Positions 48,065-58,275 are shown, numbered from the stretch's first letter. The stretch: 64,000 nucleotides of DNA from Desulfuromonadales bacterium (GCA_014859605.1 JACUTW010000003.1:11868-75867), one strand, 5' to 3'. The notes: generated from the letters alone by a model not told the origin. Numbers and translations are program-made.

Positions 48065-48886
48065 ATGAGTGAACAGGACGACGACAAGAGTGCCAGCCGC
48101 CGCGCTGAGGAGTTCCTGCAGGTCTTTAAGCGGGGAGCGGATTTTACCCAGGATCTGCTCAAGGAAAATGAGCGCCTGCGGTTCTCGCTCCTTCAGCTAG
48201 AAGGTCAGCTCAAGTCGAGTAGTGGCGTCGATAATGACGAAACGATGCGCATGCGCAAGCGGATTGAAGAACTCGAAAAACAAAAGGAGGAAATTCTCGG
48301 ACGCGCCCGGAGGGTCGAAGAAGAGAATGCCGACTTCGCCAATCGCTATGTTGAGATCGAAAACGAAAACAACATGTTGGCGAATTTGTACATTGCGTCC
48401 TATCAGCTGCATTCCACCCTCGATTTTCGTGAGGTCTTGCAGGTCATTACCGAAATTATCATCAACCTGATTGGCGCTGAAGAGTTTGCCATCATGCTTC
48501 TTGATGAAAAGACCAACAAGCTGCAGGCGGTGATGACTGAGGGGTTGGAAATCTCCGAACTCCCTGCGATCGCCATTGGTGACGGCCTGGTCGGACAGAT
48601 GGCCAAAACCGGTGAAAATTACTTTATCGATCAGATGGACAACTACGAGCGGGATTTTCATCACCCCCTGGTCGCTATTCCCCTCAAGATCAAAGAACGG
48701 GTGATCGGCGTCATTGTCATCTATAAACTTTTGGTGCAAAAGCCCAAGTTTGCCGAAGTTGACTATGAGCTCTTTACGCTTCTGGCCGGGCATGCGGCGA
48801 CAGCCATCTTCTCGTCCAAACTTTACTCGGAATCGGAGCGAAAGCTTTCGACAATTCAGGGTTTTATTGATCTTCTGACCAAGTAA
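48065..48886 (+). CDS. Coiled-coil + GAF domain protein
   Basis: N-terminal heptad-rich region (ENERLRFSLLQLEGQLK ... IEELEKQKEE). C-terminal GAF pattern (PLKIKERVIGVIVIYKL). Confidence 0.65.
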   Translation: MSEQDDDKSASRRAEEFLQVFKRGADFTQDLLKENERLRFSLLQLEGQLKSSSGVDNDETMRMRKRIEELEKQKEEILGRARRVEEENADFANRYVEIENENNMLANLYIASYQLHSTLDFREVLQVITEIIINLIGAEEFAIMLLDEKTNKLQAVMTEGLEISELPAIAIGDGLVGQMAKTGENYFIDQMDNYERDFHHPLVAIPLKIKERVIGVIVIYKLLVQKPKFAEVDYELFTLLAGHAATAIFSSKLYSESERKLSTIQGFIDLLTK

Positions 48887-48907
48887 TCGTAACCAGGAGC
48901 CAGGACT

Positions 48908-49288
48908 ATGTCTAACTATAATGTGTTGATCGTAGAAGATTCTCCGACCATGCGGCAATTGATCGTCTTTGCTTTGAAGCGGATCCGGGGACTCAATATT
49001 GTCGAGGCGGGGGATGGGGTTGACGGTTTGAAAAAGCTCTCCGCGACGAAGTTTGATATGATTCTCACCGACATCAATATGCCGATTATGGATGGCCTCA
49101 AGTTGGTCAGTCTGGTCCGTAGCGACCCCAACTATGCGGCGGTGCCGATCGTGATTATTACCACCGAGGGTGCTAACGAAGATAAAGAGCGGGCCATCGC
49201 TCTCGGGGCCAACGCCTATATTACCAAGCCGATCCAGACGACGCAGATTCTGGATGTCGCCCGGCGCTTGTTGAATCTGCCCGCCTGA
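48908..49288 (+). CDS. cheY: CheY-like single-domain response regulator (paralog of 38154-38525)
   Basis: VLIVEDSPTMRQL, MILTDINMPIMDGLKL, YITKPI. Confidence 0.9.
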   Translation: MSNYNVLIVEDSPTMRQLIVFALKRIRGLNIVEAGDGVDGLKKLSATKFDMILTDINMPIMDGLKLVSLVRSDPNYAAVPIVIITTEGANEDKERAIALGANAYITKPIQTTQILDVARRLLNLPA

Positions 49289-49383
49289 GCGGACGATAAA
49301 GCAAACAAGTTGAATCTATAGAAAAATCATGCTATACACTCAACCTTGTCTGGATCTACACCCTGTGTTTGACGGAGGAACGT

Positions 49384-49602
49384 TTGTCTAAAGAAGAAGC
49401 AATTGAAGTAGAAGGTTCGGTCATTGAACCCTTGCCTAATGCCATGTTCCGCGTCAAGCTCGACAACGGCCATGTTGTTCTGGCGCATATTTCCGGAAAG
49501 ATGCGCAAGTTTTATATCCGCATTCTTCCCGGTGACCGGGTCACCGTTGAACTTTCCCCTTACGATTTGACCCGTGGCCGGATTACCTACCGCGCCAAAT
49601 AG
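49384..49602 (+). CDS. infA: Translation initiation factor IF-1
   Basis: [25 protein letters not shown] ... RITYR. TTG 49384 preceded by GGAGGA; the ORF track start at 49369 is less likely. Confidence 0.9.
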   Translation: MSKEEAIEVEGSVIEPLPNAMFRVKLDNGHVVLAHISGKMRKFYIRILPGDRVTVELSPYDLTRGRITYRAK

Positions 49603-49690
49603 TCCAGGTTTTGTGCTGTAAGATGCCGGGTCCTGTCATTGCACTGCGGGATGAATTGACCCTGTTTCCTTTGTACTGATTGTATCGCGA

Positions 49691-49721
49691 GAATACCGGC
49701 CTGGCCGGTATTCCTGTTTTC
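49691..49721 (+). terminator. Rho-independent terminator after infA
   Basis: GAATACCGGCC/GGCCGGTATTC stem followed by CTGTTTTCT. Confidence 0.7.
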
Positions 49722-49757
49722 TGGGGCGATTAAGTGATGATGAGTGGAGAAATGAAG

Positions 49758-52307
49758 ATGCAGGAGCGTTATACCCCGGCGGATATCGAAAAGAAGTGGC
49801 AGCAACTCTGGGACGAGCAGTCAACGTTTGTTGCCGATACGTCTTCAACCCTCCCCAAGTTTTATCTCCTGGAAATGTTTCCTTATCCCTCCGGCCGTAT
49901 CCACATGGGACATGTCCGCAACTATTCGATCGGCGATGTTGTGGCCCGCTTCAAGCGCCTGCGCGGCTTCAATGTCCTGCATCCGATGGGGTGGGATGCT
50001 TTCGGCATGCCGGCAGAGAACGCGGCGATTCAGAATAATATTCATCCGGCAAAATGGACCTTCGAAAATATTGCCAATATGCGCACCCAACTCAAGTCCA
50101 TGGGTTTTTCCTATGACTGGAGCCGGGAACTGGCGACCTGCGACCCGGACTATTACCGCTGGGAACAGTTGATCTTTTTGAAGATGTTCGAAAAAGGGCT
50201 GGCTTATAAAAAGAGCTCCTTTGTTAACTGGTGCCCTTCCTGTCAGACTGTTCTTGCCAACGAGCAGGTCGAGGATGACGGTTGCTGGCGCTGCGACAGC
50301 AAGGTTGAGCAAAAAGAGCTGGAACAATGGTTCTTCCGCATTACCGCTTATGCCGAAGAACTGCTCGAAGCGACCAACCATCTCCCGGGCTGGCCGGAGA
50401 CGGTCTTGACCATGCAGCGCAACTGGATCGGTCGCAGCACCGGTTGTGAAATCGATTTTCCGGTCGCCGGACGGTCGCAGTCGATCCGGATCTTTACCAC
50501 CCGGCAGGATACGCTCTTCGGCGCCACCTTCATGAGCCTGGCTCCCGAACATCCTCTCGCGCTGGAGTTGACGGTGCCGGAGCGCCGCGCTGAGGTCGAA
50601 GCTTTCATCGCCAAGGTGAAAACCCAGGATAAGATCAAGCGGAGCAGTGACGATTTCGAGAAGGAAGGGGTCTTTACCGGCTCTTACTGCATTAATCCCG
50701 TCACTGAGCATAAGATGCCGATCTATCTTGGCAACTTTGTGCTGATGGATTACGGCACCGGCGCGGTCATGGCGGTTCCGACCCATGATCAACGCGATTT
50801 CGAATTCGCCCGCAAGTTTGACCTGCCGATGGTGGTGGTTATTGAGCCGCAAGGGGTGCTGCTCAACCCGGAAACGATGACTGAAGCCTGGACCGGTCCC
50901 GGCCATCTGGTCAATTCCGGCGACTTTGACGGCCTGGCCAATGAGGTGGCAAAAGAAGCGATTGCTGATGCTCTGGAGCGTCGCAAGATCGGCAAGAAGA
51001 CGGTCAATTATCGCCTGCGCGATTGGGGCGTTTCCCGGCAGCGTTACTGGGGAACACCGATCCCGATCATCTACTGCGATGATTGCGGCATGGTCCCGGT
51101 TCCGGAGTCGGAACTCCCGGTCATCCTGCCGACCGATGTCCCCTTTACCGGCGAAGGCGGCAGCCCCCTGGCCAAGTCAGCCAAATTTGTCGAGGTCTCC
51201 TGCCCCAAGTGTGGTAAAGCCGCGCGTCGCGATACTGATACCTTTGACACCTTTGTCGAGAGTTCCTGGTACTTTGCCCGCTATTGTTCGCCGCAGGCAA
51301 CGGATGCGCCGGTCGATAAGGCGCAGGTCGATTACTGGATGCCGGTCGATCAGTATATCGGCGGGGTCGAGCATGCAGTCATGCATCTCCTGTATGCCCG
51401 CTTCTTCTGCAAGGTCATGCGCGATCTCGGTTTCCTGTCCGCGGATGAACCTTTCACCAACCTCCTGACCCAGGGGATGGTCTGCAAGGAGACGCAATCC
51501 TGCCCCACCCATGGCTGGCTTTATCCGGAAGAGGTCGTCGACGGTCAATGCACGAAGTGTGGAACATCTGCTTTCGCCGGGCGCACTGAAAAGATGAGCA
51601 AGTCGAAGAAGAATGTCGTCGACCCGGACAAATTGATTGCCCAGTACGGGGCTGATACCGCCCGCCTCTTCTCCCTCTTTGCCGCACCCCCGGAGAAACA
51701 TCTGGAATGGAATGATCAAAGTGTTGACGGCTGTTATCGCTTTCTGAACCGGGTCTGGCGTCTGGTCTTTGAACATCGCCATCTCGCCTCCGCGGGCGGT
51801 TTTGAGCAGGATGGACCGGCCCGCAACCTGCGACGTCTGACCCATCGGACGATCCGCAAGGTCACCGAGGATATCGATGGCCGCTTCCATTTCAATACCG
51901 CTATCGCTGCTATCATGGAACTGGTCAATGGCATCAGCTCCTTTGAAGGCAAGACCACACATCCGGCGGTCATGCGCGAAGCGGTGGAGACGGTTGTCCG
52001 TCTGCTTGCCCCCTTTGTGCCGCATCTCACCGAAGAGTTGTGGAGTCATCTCGGCCATGCCGAAGGACTGGAAGCGGCGGGTTGGCCGGTGTGGGACGCC
52101 GAGGCGATCATCGACGATGAAAAGGTCATCGTCGTGCAGGTCAACGGCAAGATGCGCGGCAAGATCACCGTTGCCGCCGATCTCGGCGAGGACGAAGTCA
52201 AAGCGCAGGCTTTGGCGGAAGCCAACGTAGCGCGGGCGTTGGCCGGACAAACCATCCGTAATGTCATCGTCGTACCGAACCGCCTCGTTAATATTGTTAT
52301 CGGTTAA
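49758..52307 (+). CDS. leuS: Leucyl-tRNA synthetase
   Basis: [17 protein letters not shown] (HIGH), KMSKSKKN. Start at MQERY with GGAGAA RBS. Confidence 0.95.
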   Translation: MQERYTPADIEKKWQQLWDEQSTFVADTSSTLPKFYLLEMFPYPSGRIHMGHVRNYSIGDVVARFKRLRGFNVLHPMGWDAFGMPAENAAIQNNIHPAKWTFENIANMRTQLKSMGFSYDWSRELATCDPDYYRWEQLIFLKMFEKGLAYKKSSFVNWCPSCQTVLANEQVEDDGCWRCDSKVEQKELEQWFFRITAYAEELLEATNHLPGWPETVLTMQRNWIGRSTGCEIDFPVAGRSQSIRIFTTRQDTLFGATFMSLAPEHPLALELTVPERRAEVEAFIAKVKTQDKIKRSSDDFEKEGVFTGSYCINPVTEHKMPIYLGNFVLMDYGTGAVMAVPTHDQRDFEFARKFDLPMVVVIEPQGVLLNPETMTEAWTGPGHLVNSGDFDGLANEVAKEAIADALERRKIGKKTVNYRLRDWGVSRQRYWGTPIPIIYCDDCGMVPVPESELPVILPTDVPFTGEGGSPLAKSAKFVEVSCPKCGKAARRDTDTFDTFVESSWYFARYCSPQATDAPVDKAQVDYWMPVDQYIGGVEHAVMHLLYARFFCKVMRDLGFLSADEPFTNLLTQGMVCKETQSCPTHGWLYPEEVVDGQCTKCGTSAFAGRTEKMSKSKKNVVDPDKLIAQYGADTARLFSLFAAPPEKHLEWNDQSVDGCYRFLNRVWRLVFEHRHLASAGGFEQDGPARNLRRLTHRTIRKVTEDIDGRFHFNTAIAAIMELVNGISSFEGKTTHPAVMREAVETVVRLLAPFVPHLTEELWSHLGHAEGLEAAGWPVWDAEAIIDDEKVIVVQVNGKMRGKITVAADLGEDEVKAQALAEANVARALAGQTIRNVIVVPNRLVNIVIG

Positions 52308-52311
52308 GCGG

Positions 52312-52830
52312 ATGCGACCGGCTTTGCTGATCAAGTTGCTGCTTGCGGTTTTTCTCCTCCTGGGTTGCGCTGCGTGCGGCTATCACCCCGAAGGCCGGCA
52401 ATCGGTTGCGAGCGAACGTCCGCGCCTTTATATTGAACTCTTGGCCAATGATACACACCGTGCTTTTGCCAACGATGTCCTGACGGTGCAGATCATTGAA
52501 CGCTTTGCCCGCAGCCCCCTCTTTTTCATCGTCGAAAATCCTGCTCAGGCCGATCTCCTCCTGGGCGGGGCGATCACCCTTTACGAAACCGCGCCGATTG
52601 CCTACAGCCAGGCTGACGCCATCAGTGCTTACAAAGCGGATCTGGCCGTACGTTCGACCCTGCGCCGTCCCGGCGCCGCGCGTGAAATGGTCTGGCGTGG
52701 GACATTGTCGACGAGCCAGGATTATACCGGCAACAATCCCGACCTGGTGATGCAGCAGAGTGCCGAGCGCTTGGCAAACGATCTTTATGTCCAAGTCACA
52801 GATGCGCTCTTCTGGAGCGGGGGCAAGTAA
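52312..52830 (+). CDS. lptE: LPS-assembly lipoprotein LptE
   Basis: Lipobox LLLGCAACG. Conserved leuS-lptE-holA position. Confidence 0.7.
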   Translation: MRPALLIKLLLAVFLLLGCAACGYHPEGRQSVASERPRLYIELLANDTHRAFANDVLTVQIIERFARSPLFFIVENPAQADLLLGGAITLYETAPIAYSQADAISAYKADLAVRSTLRRPGAAREMVWRGTLSTSQDYTGNNPDLVMQQSAERLANDLYVQVTDALFWSGGK

Positions 52831-52835
52831 GGAGC

Positions 52836-53828
52836 ATGACTGTCGCCGAGCTTGAGCGGGTTATTGACAACGGCCAATTTCCTTCGCTCCTCTTCCTGTA
52901 CGGGGAGGAGCAGTTCCTCCTCGAACGCACCCTGCAACATCTTCTCGACAAAGCAATCCCTTTGGATGCACGGGATTTCAATCTCACCATCTTCCATCCC
53001 AAAGAATTTTCTGCCGCCAAACTCCTTGATACGGTTCGTACCTATCCGGTCTTCTTTCCGCGCCGGGTGGTGATTGTCAAAGGCGCCCACCAGATTGTTG
53101 CTGCCGAACTTGAAGGTCTGCAGAGCTATCTGCAGAATCCCCTGCCTGAGACTCTCTTGATCTTTGTCGGCGAAAAGATCGATGCCCGGAGAAAATTCTT
53201 CATCGATTTCAAGAAGTACGGCGAGTTGGTTGAGTTTAAGAAGTTGTATGACAACCAGCTGCCGGCGGCAATTCGTGATCTGGCGCGGCAAAATCATCTG
53301 ACCTTGACCGATGCCGGCCTCACCCTTTTTTGTCGTCGTGTCGGGACCAATCTCCAGGAAGTCGAGACTGAACTGATCAAGTTGGTCATCTATCTCGGCG
53401 AGAAAAGACTCGCCGATGTCGCTGATGTTGAAGCGGTGGTGACAGGGAGTCGGCAGGAGACGGTCTTTGCCCTCAATGATGCCATCGGTGAGCGGCAGAC
53501 CGCCCAGGCGGTGGCGCTGGTCGGGAGGATTCTTGATGAAGGTCTGGCGGCCCTCCTGGTTCTTAACATGCTGACGCGGCATATGCGCAACTTATGTAAA
53601 GTCGGGGAGATGGAGGCGCAGAAGCGCTCCAAGGGAGAAATCGCCAAGGGCGCAGGAGTAAATCCTTATTTCCTGGATGGTTTGATCCGGCAGTCGCGTA
53701 ATTTCAATGGCGAGCAGATGCGGCAGGCCTTTGAGCGCCTGCTGGCGACCGACCTCGCGCTCAAATCGGCGGGCGCTCATCCGGCAGCAATGCTTGAGGG
53801 CCTGGTTCTGGCTCTGTGCAGCGAATAA
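52836..53828 (+). CDS. holA: DNA polymerase III delta subunit
   Basis: 330 aa with LLFLYGEEQFLL near the N-terminus. Synteny after leuS-lptE. Confidence 0.85.
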   Translation: MTVAELERVIDNGQFPSLLFLYGEEQFLLERTLQHLLDKAIPLDARDFNLTIFHPKEFSAAKLLDTVRTYPVFFPRRVVIVKGAHQIVAAELEGLQSYLQNPLPETLLIFVGEKIDARRKFFIDFKKYGELVEFKKLYDNQLPAAIRDLARQNHLTLTDAGLTLFCRRVGTNLQEVETELIKLVIYLGEKRLADVADVEAVVTGSRQETVFALNDAIGERQTAQAVALVGRILDEGLAALLVLNMLTRHMRNLCKVGEMEAQKRSKGEIAKGAGVNPYFLDGLIRQSRNFNGEQMRQAFERLLATDLALKSAGAHPAAMLEGLVLALCSE

Positions 53829-53856
53829 AAAAAGGGCCATTCTTGCGAATGACCCT
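53827..53856 (-). terminator. Rho-independent terminator after rpsT
   Basis: Minus strand shows a GGGTCATTC/GAATGGCCC stem followed by T7. Confidence 0.75.
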
Positions 53857-53880
53857 GGAAGAACACGGATAATTTTTCGA

Positions 53881-54144
53881 TCAGGTCAAATCGTTGACCA
53901 GTTTGCTCAGGCGTGAAATTTTACGACTGGCAGTGGCGCTGTGAATCACCCCTTTAGTCGCAGCTTTGTCGATGCAGGGAATCGCTTTGGCCAGAGCAAG
54001 TTTTGCCCCGTCAATGTTCCCTTCGGCAACAGCTTCACGAACTTGTTTGACATAGGTCCGCATGGTGGAACGGATATGAGTGTTACGGGCGGTCCGTACG
54101 GCAGTCTGCCGAATCCGTTTTTCTGATGATTTGTGATTAGCCAA
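53881..54144 (-). CDS. rpsT: 30S ribosomal protein S20
   Basis: [13 protein letters not shown] ... TARN. TTG start with GGAGGT RBS. Confidence 0.95.
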   Translation of the reverse strand: MANHKSSEKRIRQTAVRTARNTHIRSTMRTYVKQVREAVAEGNIDGAKLALAKAIPCIDKAATKGVIHSATASRKISRLSKLVNDLT

Positions 54145-54189
54145 GGTCGTTACCTCCGAATAGTAGACATGTCGTCAATCTTGTGTATG

Positions 54190-54218
54190 CATATAGCATT
54201 AGAATGGCACGCTGTCAA
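54190..54218 (-). promoter_or_regulatory. Sigma70 promoter of rpsT
   Basis: Minus strand shows TTGACA, a 17-nt spacer and TATATG, with a very AT-rich UP-like region upstream. Confidence 0.6.
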
Positions 54219-54351
54219 GTTAAAATAATTGAATTAATCTTGAATTTTATCATTTAATCGGTGAGTTACGTCGTCTTTTCAATGAATTAATCAATAATAA
54301 TCCTTCTTTTTTTGTTGTCAAGAAAATTTATTTTTTCTTAGAAAGGCCCTT

Positions 54352-54819
54352 ATGTCTCCGTGCTGCTACCTTGATACCCCGGTCGGAATGATCCGGCTGG
54401 TTGCCAGCGAACAGGGGCTTCATAGCATCGCCTGGGATGAGGGGGCGGGCATTGATCCGGAACCGGACAATCCTTGCCTTCTGCTGGCGTGGCAAGAGTT
54501 AAGGATGTACTTTGCCGGCAAGTTGCGGACTTTCACGGTCCCCATCGATATTTCCCGTTGGCAGGGCTTTACCGCGCAGGTTTATAGTGCGTTGCGCGCT
54601 GTCCCTTATGGGGAAACGATCACCTACCGAGAGCTTGCCCGGCGGGCCGGTCAGCCCGCTGCCGCCCGCGCTGTCGGCGGAATTATGGCGCGCAATCCCT
54701 TGCCGATCATCCTCCCCTGTCACCGGGTGATCGCCGCCAATGGCGCCCTGACCGGTTACTCCGGCGGCGCCGGCATCGCCGCCAAGATCTTTCTGCTCCA
54801 CCATGAAAAGGCGGCGTGA
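54352..54819 (+). CDS. ogt: Methylated-DNA-protein-cysteine methyltransferase
   Basis: Active-site PCHRVI, with YRELA ... AARAVG upstream. Confidence 0.9.
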   Translation: MSPCCYLDTPVGMIRLVASEQGLHSIAWDEGAGIDPEPDNPCLLLAWQELRMYFAGKLRTFTVPIDISRWQGFTAQVYSALRAVPYGETITYRELARRAGQPAAARAVGGIMARNPLPIILPCHRVIAANGALTGYSGGAGIAAKIFLLHHEKAA

Positions 54820-57459
54820 ATGGATCTGATTACGACCCATGTCAATGCGGATTTCGATTGTCTCGGAGCGATGGTCGCAGCGCGCCGCCTTTATCCGCAC
54901 GCCCTACTGGTCTTCCCCGGCGCGCAGGAGAAGGGGGTCGCTGCTTATCTTGCGCAGCACGACGATTGCGCTGCACTCTTCAGCAAGATCCGCGAGGTCG
55001 ATCTGGCGGCCATCGATCGTCTGATCCTCGTTGATGTCAGCCAGCTTGAGCGCATCGGTCCCTTTGCCGAAGTTGCCCGCCGCAACGGGGTGGAGTTGCA
55101 TATTTACGATCATCACCCCGGCAAGGAGAAGGAACTTTGTCCGGCGCTTGCCCGGATTGCTCCGATCGGGGCGACGGTGACGATCTTCTGCGAACTCTTT
55201 CAGGAACAGGGGATCGTCCCGACGCCGGGTGAAGCGACCGCGATGATGCTCGGTCTTTACCAAGATACCGGCAGTCTGCAGTTTACCTCGACCACCGAGC
55301 GCGATTATCTCGCCGCTGCCTTTCTCCTGCGCCACGGTGCCGAGCTCAGCGTCGTTGCTGACAATCTCGTGCAAGAGATGACAGCGGATCAGGTCGAACT
55401 CCTCCATGCCTTGATTCAATCCCGGCAGGTCCTCAACATCAACGGTATTGACGTCAGTATCGCTCATGCCAGTTCGCCGGATTTTGTCGGCGATGTTGCG
55501 ACCCTGGCCCACAAAATCAAGGATATGGAGAGTCTGGACGCGATTATTCTCGTGATCCGGATGGGGGACCGGCTGATCCTCGTCGGGCGCTCGCGGCGCA
55601 GTGAAGTGCCGATGAACGATATCCTCGCCGAGTTCGGTGGTGGCGGTCACCCTCAGGCCGCTTCGGCCACGGTCCGCAACTTCACCTTGATTCAAGTCCT
55701 GGAGATGCTGCCGATGATCTTGACCCGGCACGTCACTCCCCTCTGGCGGGCCGAGGATTTGATGAGCGTCCCGGTCAAAACCGTGCAAAGCGGCACAACG
55801 ATTCAGGCGGCGCGCGATTTTCTCACCCGTTATAACGTCAATGCCGCACCGGTCCTGGCCGGGGCAACAGTCGTCGGCGTCCTCACCCGGCAGACGGTCG
55901 ATAAGGCCGCACAACATGGACTTGCAGGAACCGCCATCGATGAATTCATGAATCGCGATTTTTTTGCAGTGGCGCCGCAAACTCCGGTCGTCGAACTCAA
56001 AGAGTTGATGACCCGCCGTGATCAACGTTTTGTCCCGGTCGTCGATAGCGGGCGACTGGTCGGCGCCCTCACCCGCACCGACCTGTTGCGTCACCTTGTC
56101 TCCGGGCAGCGCGCTTTACCGGTACAGGGAACCACGGTGCATGGCGGCGCTCTCTTCAAACGCCGTCCGATCGAACGCTTGCTGCGCGACCGCCTCCCGC
56201 CGAAAATCATCGAGCTTTTAGAAGCCGTCGCCGCTGTCGCCGATCGTTTGTCGGTGGCGGTCTATCTCGTCGGCGGTTTTGTCCGTGATCTTTTGTTGCG
56301 CAAAAAGAATTTTGATCTCGATCTCGTCGTCGAAGGGGAGGGGATCGTCTTTGCCGAGGCCTTGGCTGCGGCCTTGTCGGGGCGGGTGCGGACCCATGCC
56401 AAGTTCGGCACGGCGGTGGTTATCTGCCCCGACCACTTTAAAATCGATGTCGCATCAGCGCGGATGGAGTACTATCTGCAGCCGGGCGCACTCCCCAGTG
56501 TCGAGGAGGCCTCCCTCAAACTCGATCTTTATCGTCGCGACTTTACCATCAATACCTTGGCCATCGCCCTGAATCAGGGGCGCTTCGGGGAGTTATACGA
56601 CTTCTTTGGCGGACAGCTTGATCTCGAAAACCGGGTGATCCGCATCCTCCATAATCTCAGCTTTATCGAAGACCCGACCCGGGTCTTTCGTGCCATCCGT
56701 TTCGCACAGCGCCTCGGCTTCAATATCGGCCCCCATACCGAATCCCTGCTGCGCAGCGCGGTCCGGCTCGGTTTTGTTGCCAGGATCAGCGACGCGCGGC
56801 TGCGTAACGAGCTTATCGCCATACTGCAGGAAGAAGAACCGCTGCCGATTCTCCGCCAGCTTGCGACTTACGGTCTCCTGCCGCATGTGCAAAAGGATCT
56901 GGTCTTAACCGAAAAGATTGCCAAACTCTTTGTGGCGGCGGAACAAACGCTGAACTGGTTCCAGCTTTTGTATACCGGCGAAGTGGTCGAGCCGTGGCAG
57001 GTTTACTTCCTTTGTTTGACCTCGCATCTTGATGATGCCGCGATGGAGGAGATGACCATGCGGCTGCAGATGCCGGAAAGCCAGCGTCACGACCTTCTGG
57101 CCGGCCGCGCTGCGGCGCATGGACTCTTGACCCGTTTGACCCGCAAGAAGAAGCGCGCCCCTGCGCCGCGCGCCAGCGAAATCTATCACTGGTTCTCGCC
57201 CTGCTCGACGACCGTCCTCCTTTATCTCAGTGCCCGCGCTGACGACGAAATCCGCCGCTGGATCTCGCAGTACCTCATTCATCTGCGCGCGGTTCATCCC
57301 GAACTGACCGGCGACGACCTCCACAAGCTCGGCTTTGCTCCCGGACCGATTTATCGGGAGATTCTTGATGCCCTGCGTTTTGCCCGCCTCGATGCCGTAG
57401 TGGAGAGTCGCAGCGATGAAATATCTTTTGTGAAAAAACGCTTCGCTTCTGTGCTTTAA
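54820..57459 (+). CDS. DHH/DHHA1 + tandem CBS + class-II nucleotidyltransferase (poly(A) polymerase / tRNA CCA-adding family) fusion protein
   Basis: N-terminus HVNADFDCLGA and IYDHH (DHH); GGGH (DHHA1); two CBS motifs. NTase head GGFVRDLLL ... DLDLVVEG ... RRDFTINTLA. Confidence 0.85.
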   Translation: MDLITTHVNADFDCLGAMVAARRLYPHALLVFPGAQEKGVAAYLAQHDDCAALFSKIREVDLAAIDRLILVDVSQLERIGPFAEVARRNGVELHIYDHHPGKEKELCPALARIAPIGATVTIFCELFQEQGIVPTPGEATAMMLGLYQDTGSLQFTSTTERDYLAAAFLLRHGAELSVVADNLVQEMTADQVELLHALIQSRQVLNINGIDVSIAHASSPDFVGDVATLAHKIKDMESLDAIILVIRMGDRLILVGRSRRSEVPMNDILAEFGGGGHPQAASATVRNFTLIQVLEMLPMILTRHVTPLWRAEDLMSVPVKTVQSGTTIQAARDFLTRYNVNAAPVLAGATVVGVLTRQTVDKAAQHGLAGTAIDEFMNRDFFAVAPQTPVVELKELMTRRDQRFVPVVDSGRLVGALTRTDLLRHLVSGQRALPVQGTTVHGGALFKRRPIERLLRDRLPPKIIELLEAVAAVADRLSVAVYLVGGFVRDLLLRKKNFDLDLVVEGEGIVFAEALAAALSGRVRTHAKFGTAVVICPDHFKIDVASARMEYYLQPGALPSVEEASLKLDLYRRDFTINTLAIALNQGRFGELYDFFGGQLDLENRVIRILHNLSFIEDPTRVFRAIRFAQRLGFNIGPHTESLLRSAVRLGFVARISDARLRNELIAILQEEEPLPILRQLATYGLLPHVQKDLVLTEKIAKLFVAAEQTLNWFQLLYTGEVVEPWQVYFLCLTSHLDDAAMEEMTMRLQMPESQRHDLLAGRAAAHGLLTRLTRKKKRAPAPRASEIYHWFSPCSTTVLLYLSARADDEIRRWISQYLIHLRAVHPELTGDDLHKLGFAPGPIYREILDALRFARLDAVVESRSDEISFVKKRFASVL

Positions 57460-57511
57460 TGTTCACCGGAATTGATTTTAAAGATCTATTGCTAAAGGAT
57501 CAAAGGACCCT

Positions 57512-58174
57512 ATGGAAGACTTTTTTGCCAAACTCTCGATCATGCTCGTTCCGGCTCTGCTCGCCATCACCGCCCATGAGGTGGCGCACGGTCTGGTGGC
57601 CGACCACTTTGGCGATCCGACAGCGCGGCTGCTTGGGCGCCTGACGATCAATCCGGTGAAACATCTTGATCTGGTCGGGACGATCACTCTGCTGATCTTC
57701 GGTTTTGGCTGGGCCAAGCCGGTACCGGTGATCTTCAGTAATCTGCGCAACCCCCGCCGCGATATGATTCTGGTGGCGCTCGGCGGTCCAATCGCCAACC
57801 TGATGTTGGCGACACTCTGTGCCCTGGGGCTACATCTCCTCGGCATGCTGTCGCTGCAATCCCGCTCTCTTGAAGCGATTTCGCTGATGCTCGGTTTTGG
57901 CCTCTATATCAACCTCCTCCTCGCCCTCTTTAATCTGCTGCCGATTCCTCCCCTCGATGGCGGCCGGGTTCTGATCGGGATTCTCCCGCCCCGGCAGGCC
58001 TACGTCTTGTCGCGGATTGAACCTTTCGGTTTTTTGCTGGTCATCGTCCTGATCTACTTTACCGGCTTATGGAAAGCGGTGATTGCGCCGATGGTGAATT
58101 TCCTCCTCTTCCTTTTTGCCGGAAAGCAGGTGGTGGTCGTCGAGCAGGCGATGCGCTTTCTCTTTGGCCGTTGA
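57512..58174 (+). CDS. Site-2 protease family (peptidase M50) membrane metalloprotease
   Basis: HEVAHG zinc motif in TM1, and NLLPIPPLDGG. Confidence 0.85.
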   Translation: MEDFFAKLSIMLVPALLAITAHEVAHGLVADHFGDPTARLLGRLTINPVKHLDLVGTITLLIFGFGWAKPVPVIFSNLRNPRRDMILVALGGPIANLMLATLCALGLHLLGMLSLQSRSLEAISLMLGFGLYINLLLALFNLLPIPPLDGGRVLIGILPPRQAYVLSRIEPFGFLLVIVLIYFTGLWKAVIAPMVNFLLFLFAGKQVVVVEQAMRFLFGR

Positions 58175-58214
58175 GTTGGCGGCCGCAAAATTTCTTTGCT
58201 CGCCGCGGTAATTC

Positions 58215-58243
58215 TTGATTGCCGGCGCGGCAACAGGTATAAC
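58215..58243 (+). promoter_or_regulatory. Candidate sigma70 promoter of the ole cluster
   Basis: TTGATT, 17-nt spacer, TATAAC, 33 nt before the oleA ATG. Confidence 0.35.
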
Positions 58244-58275
58244 AGCCGAAACAATTTACCCCCCAATGGTGGTTC

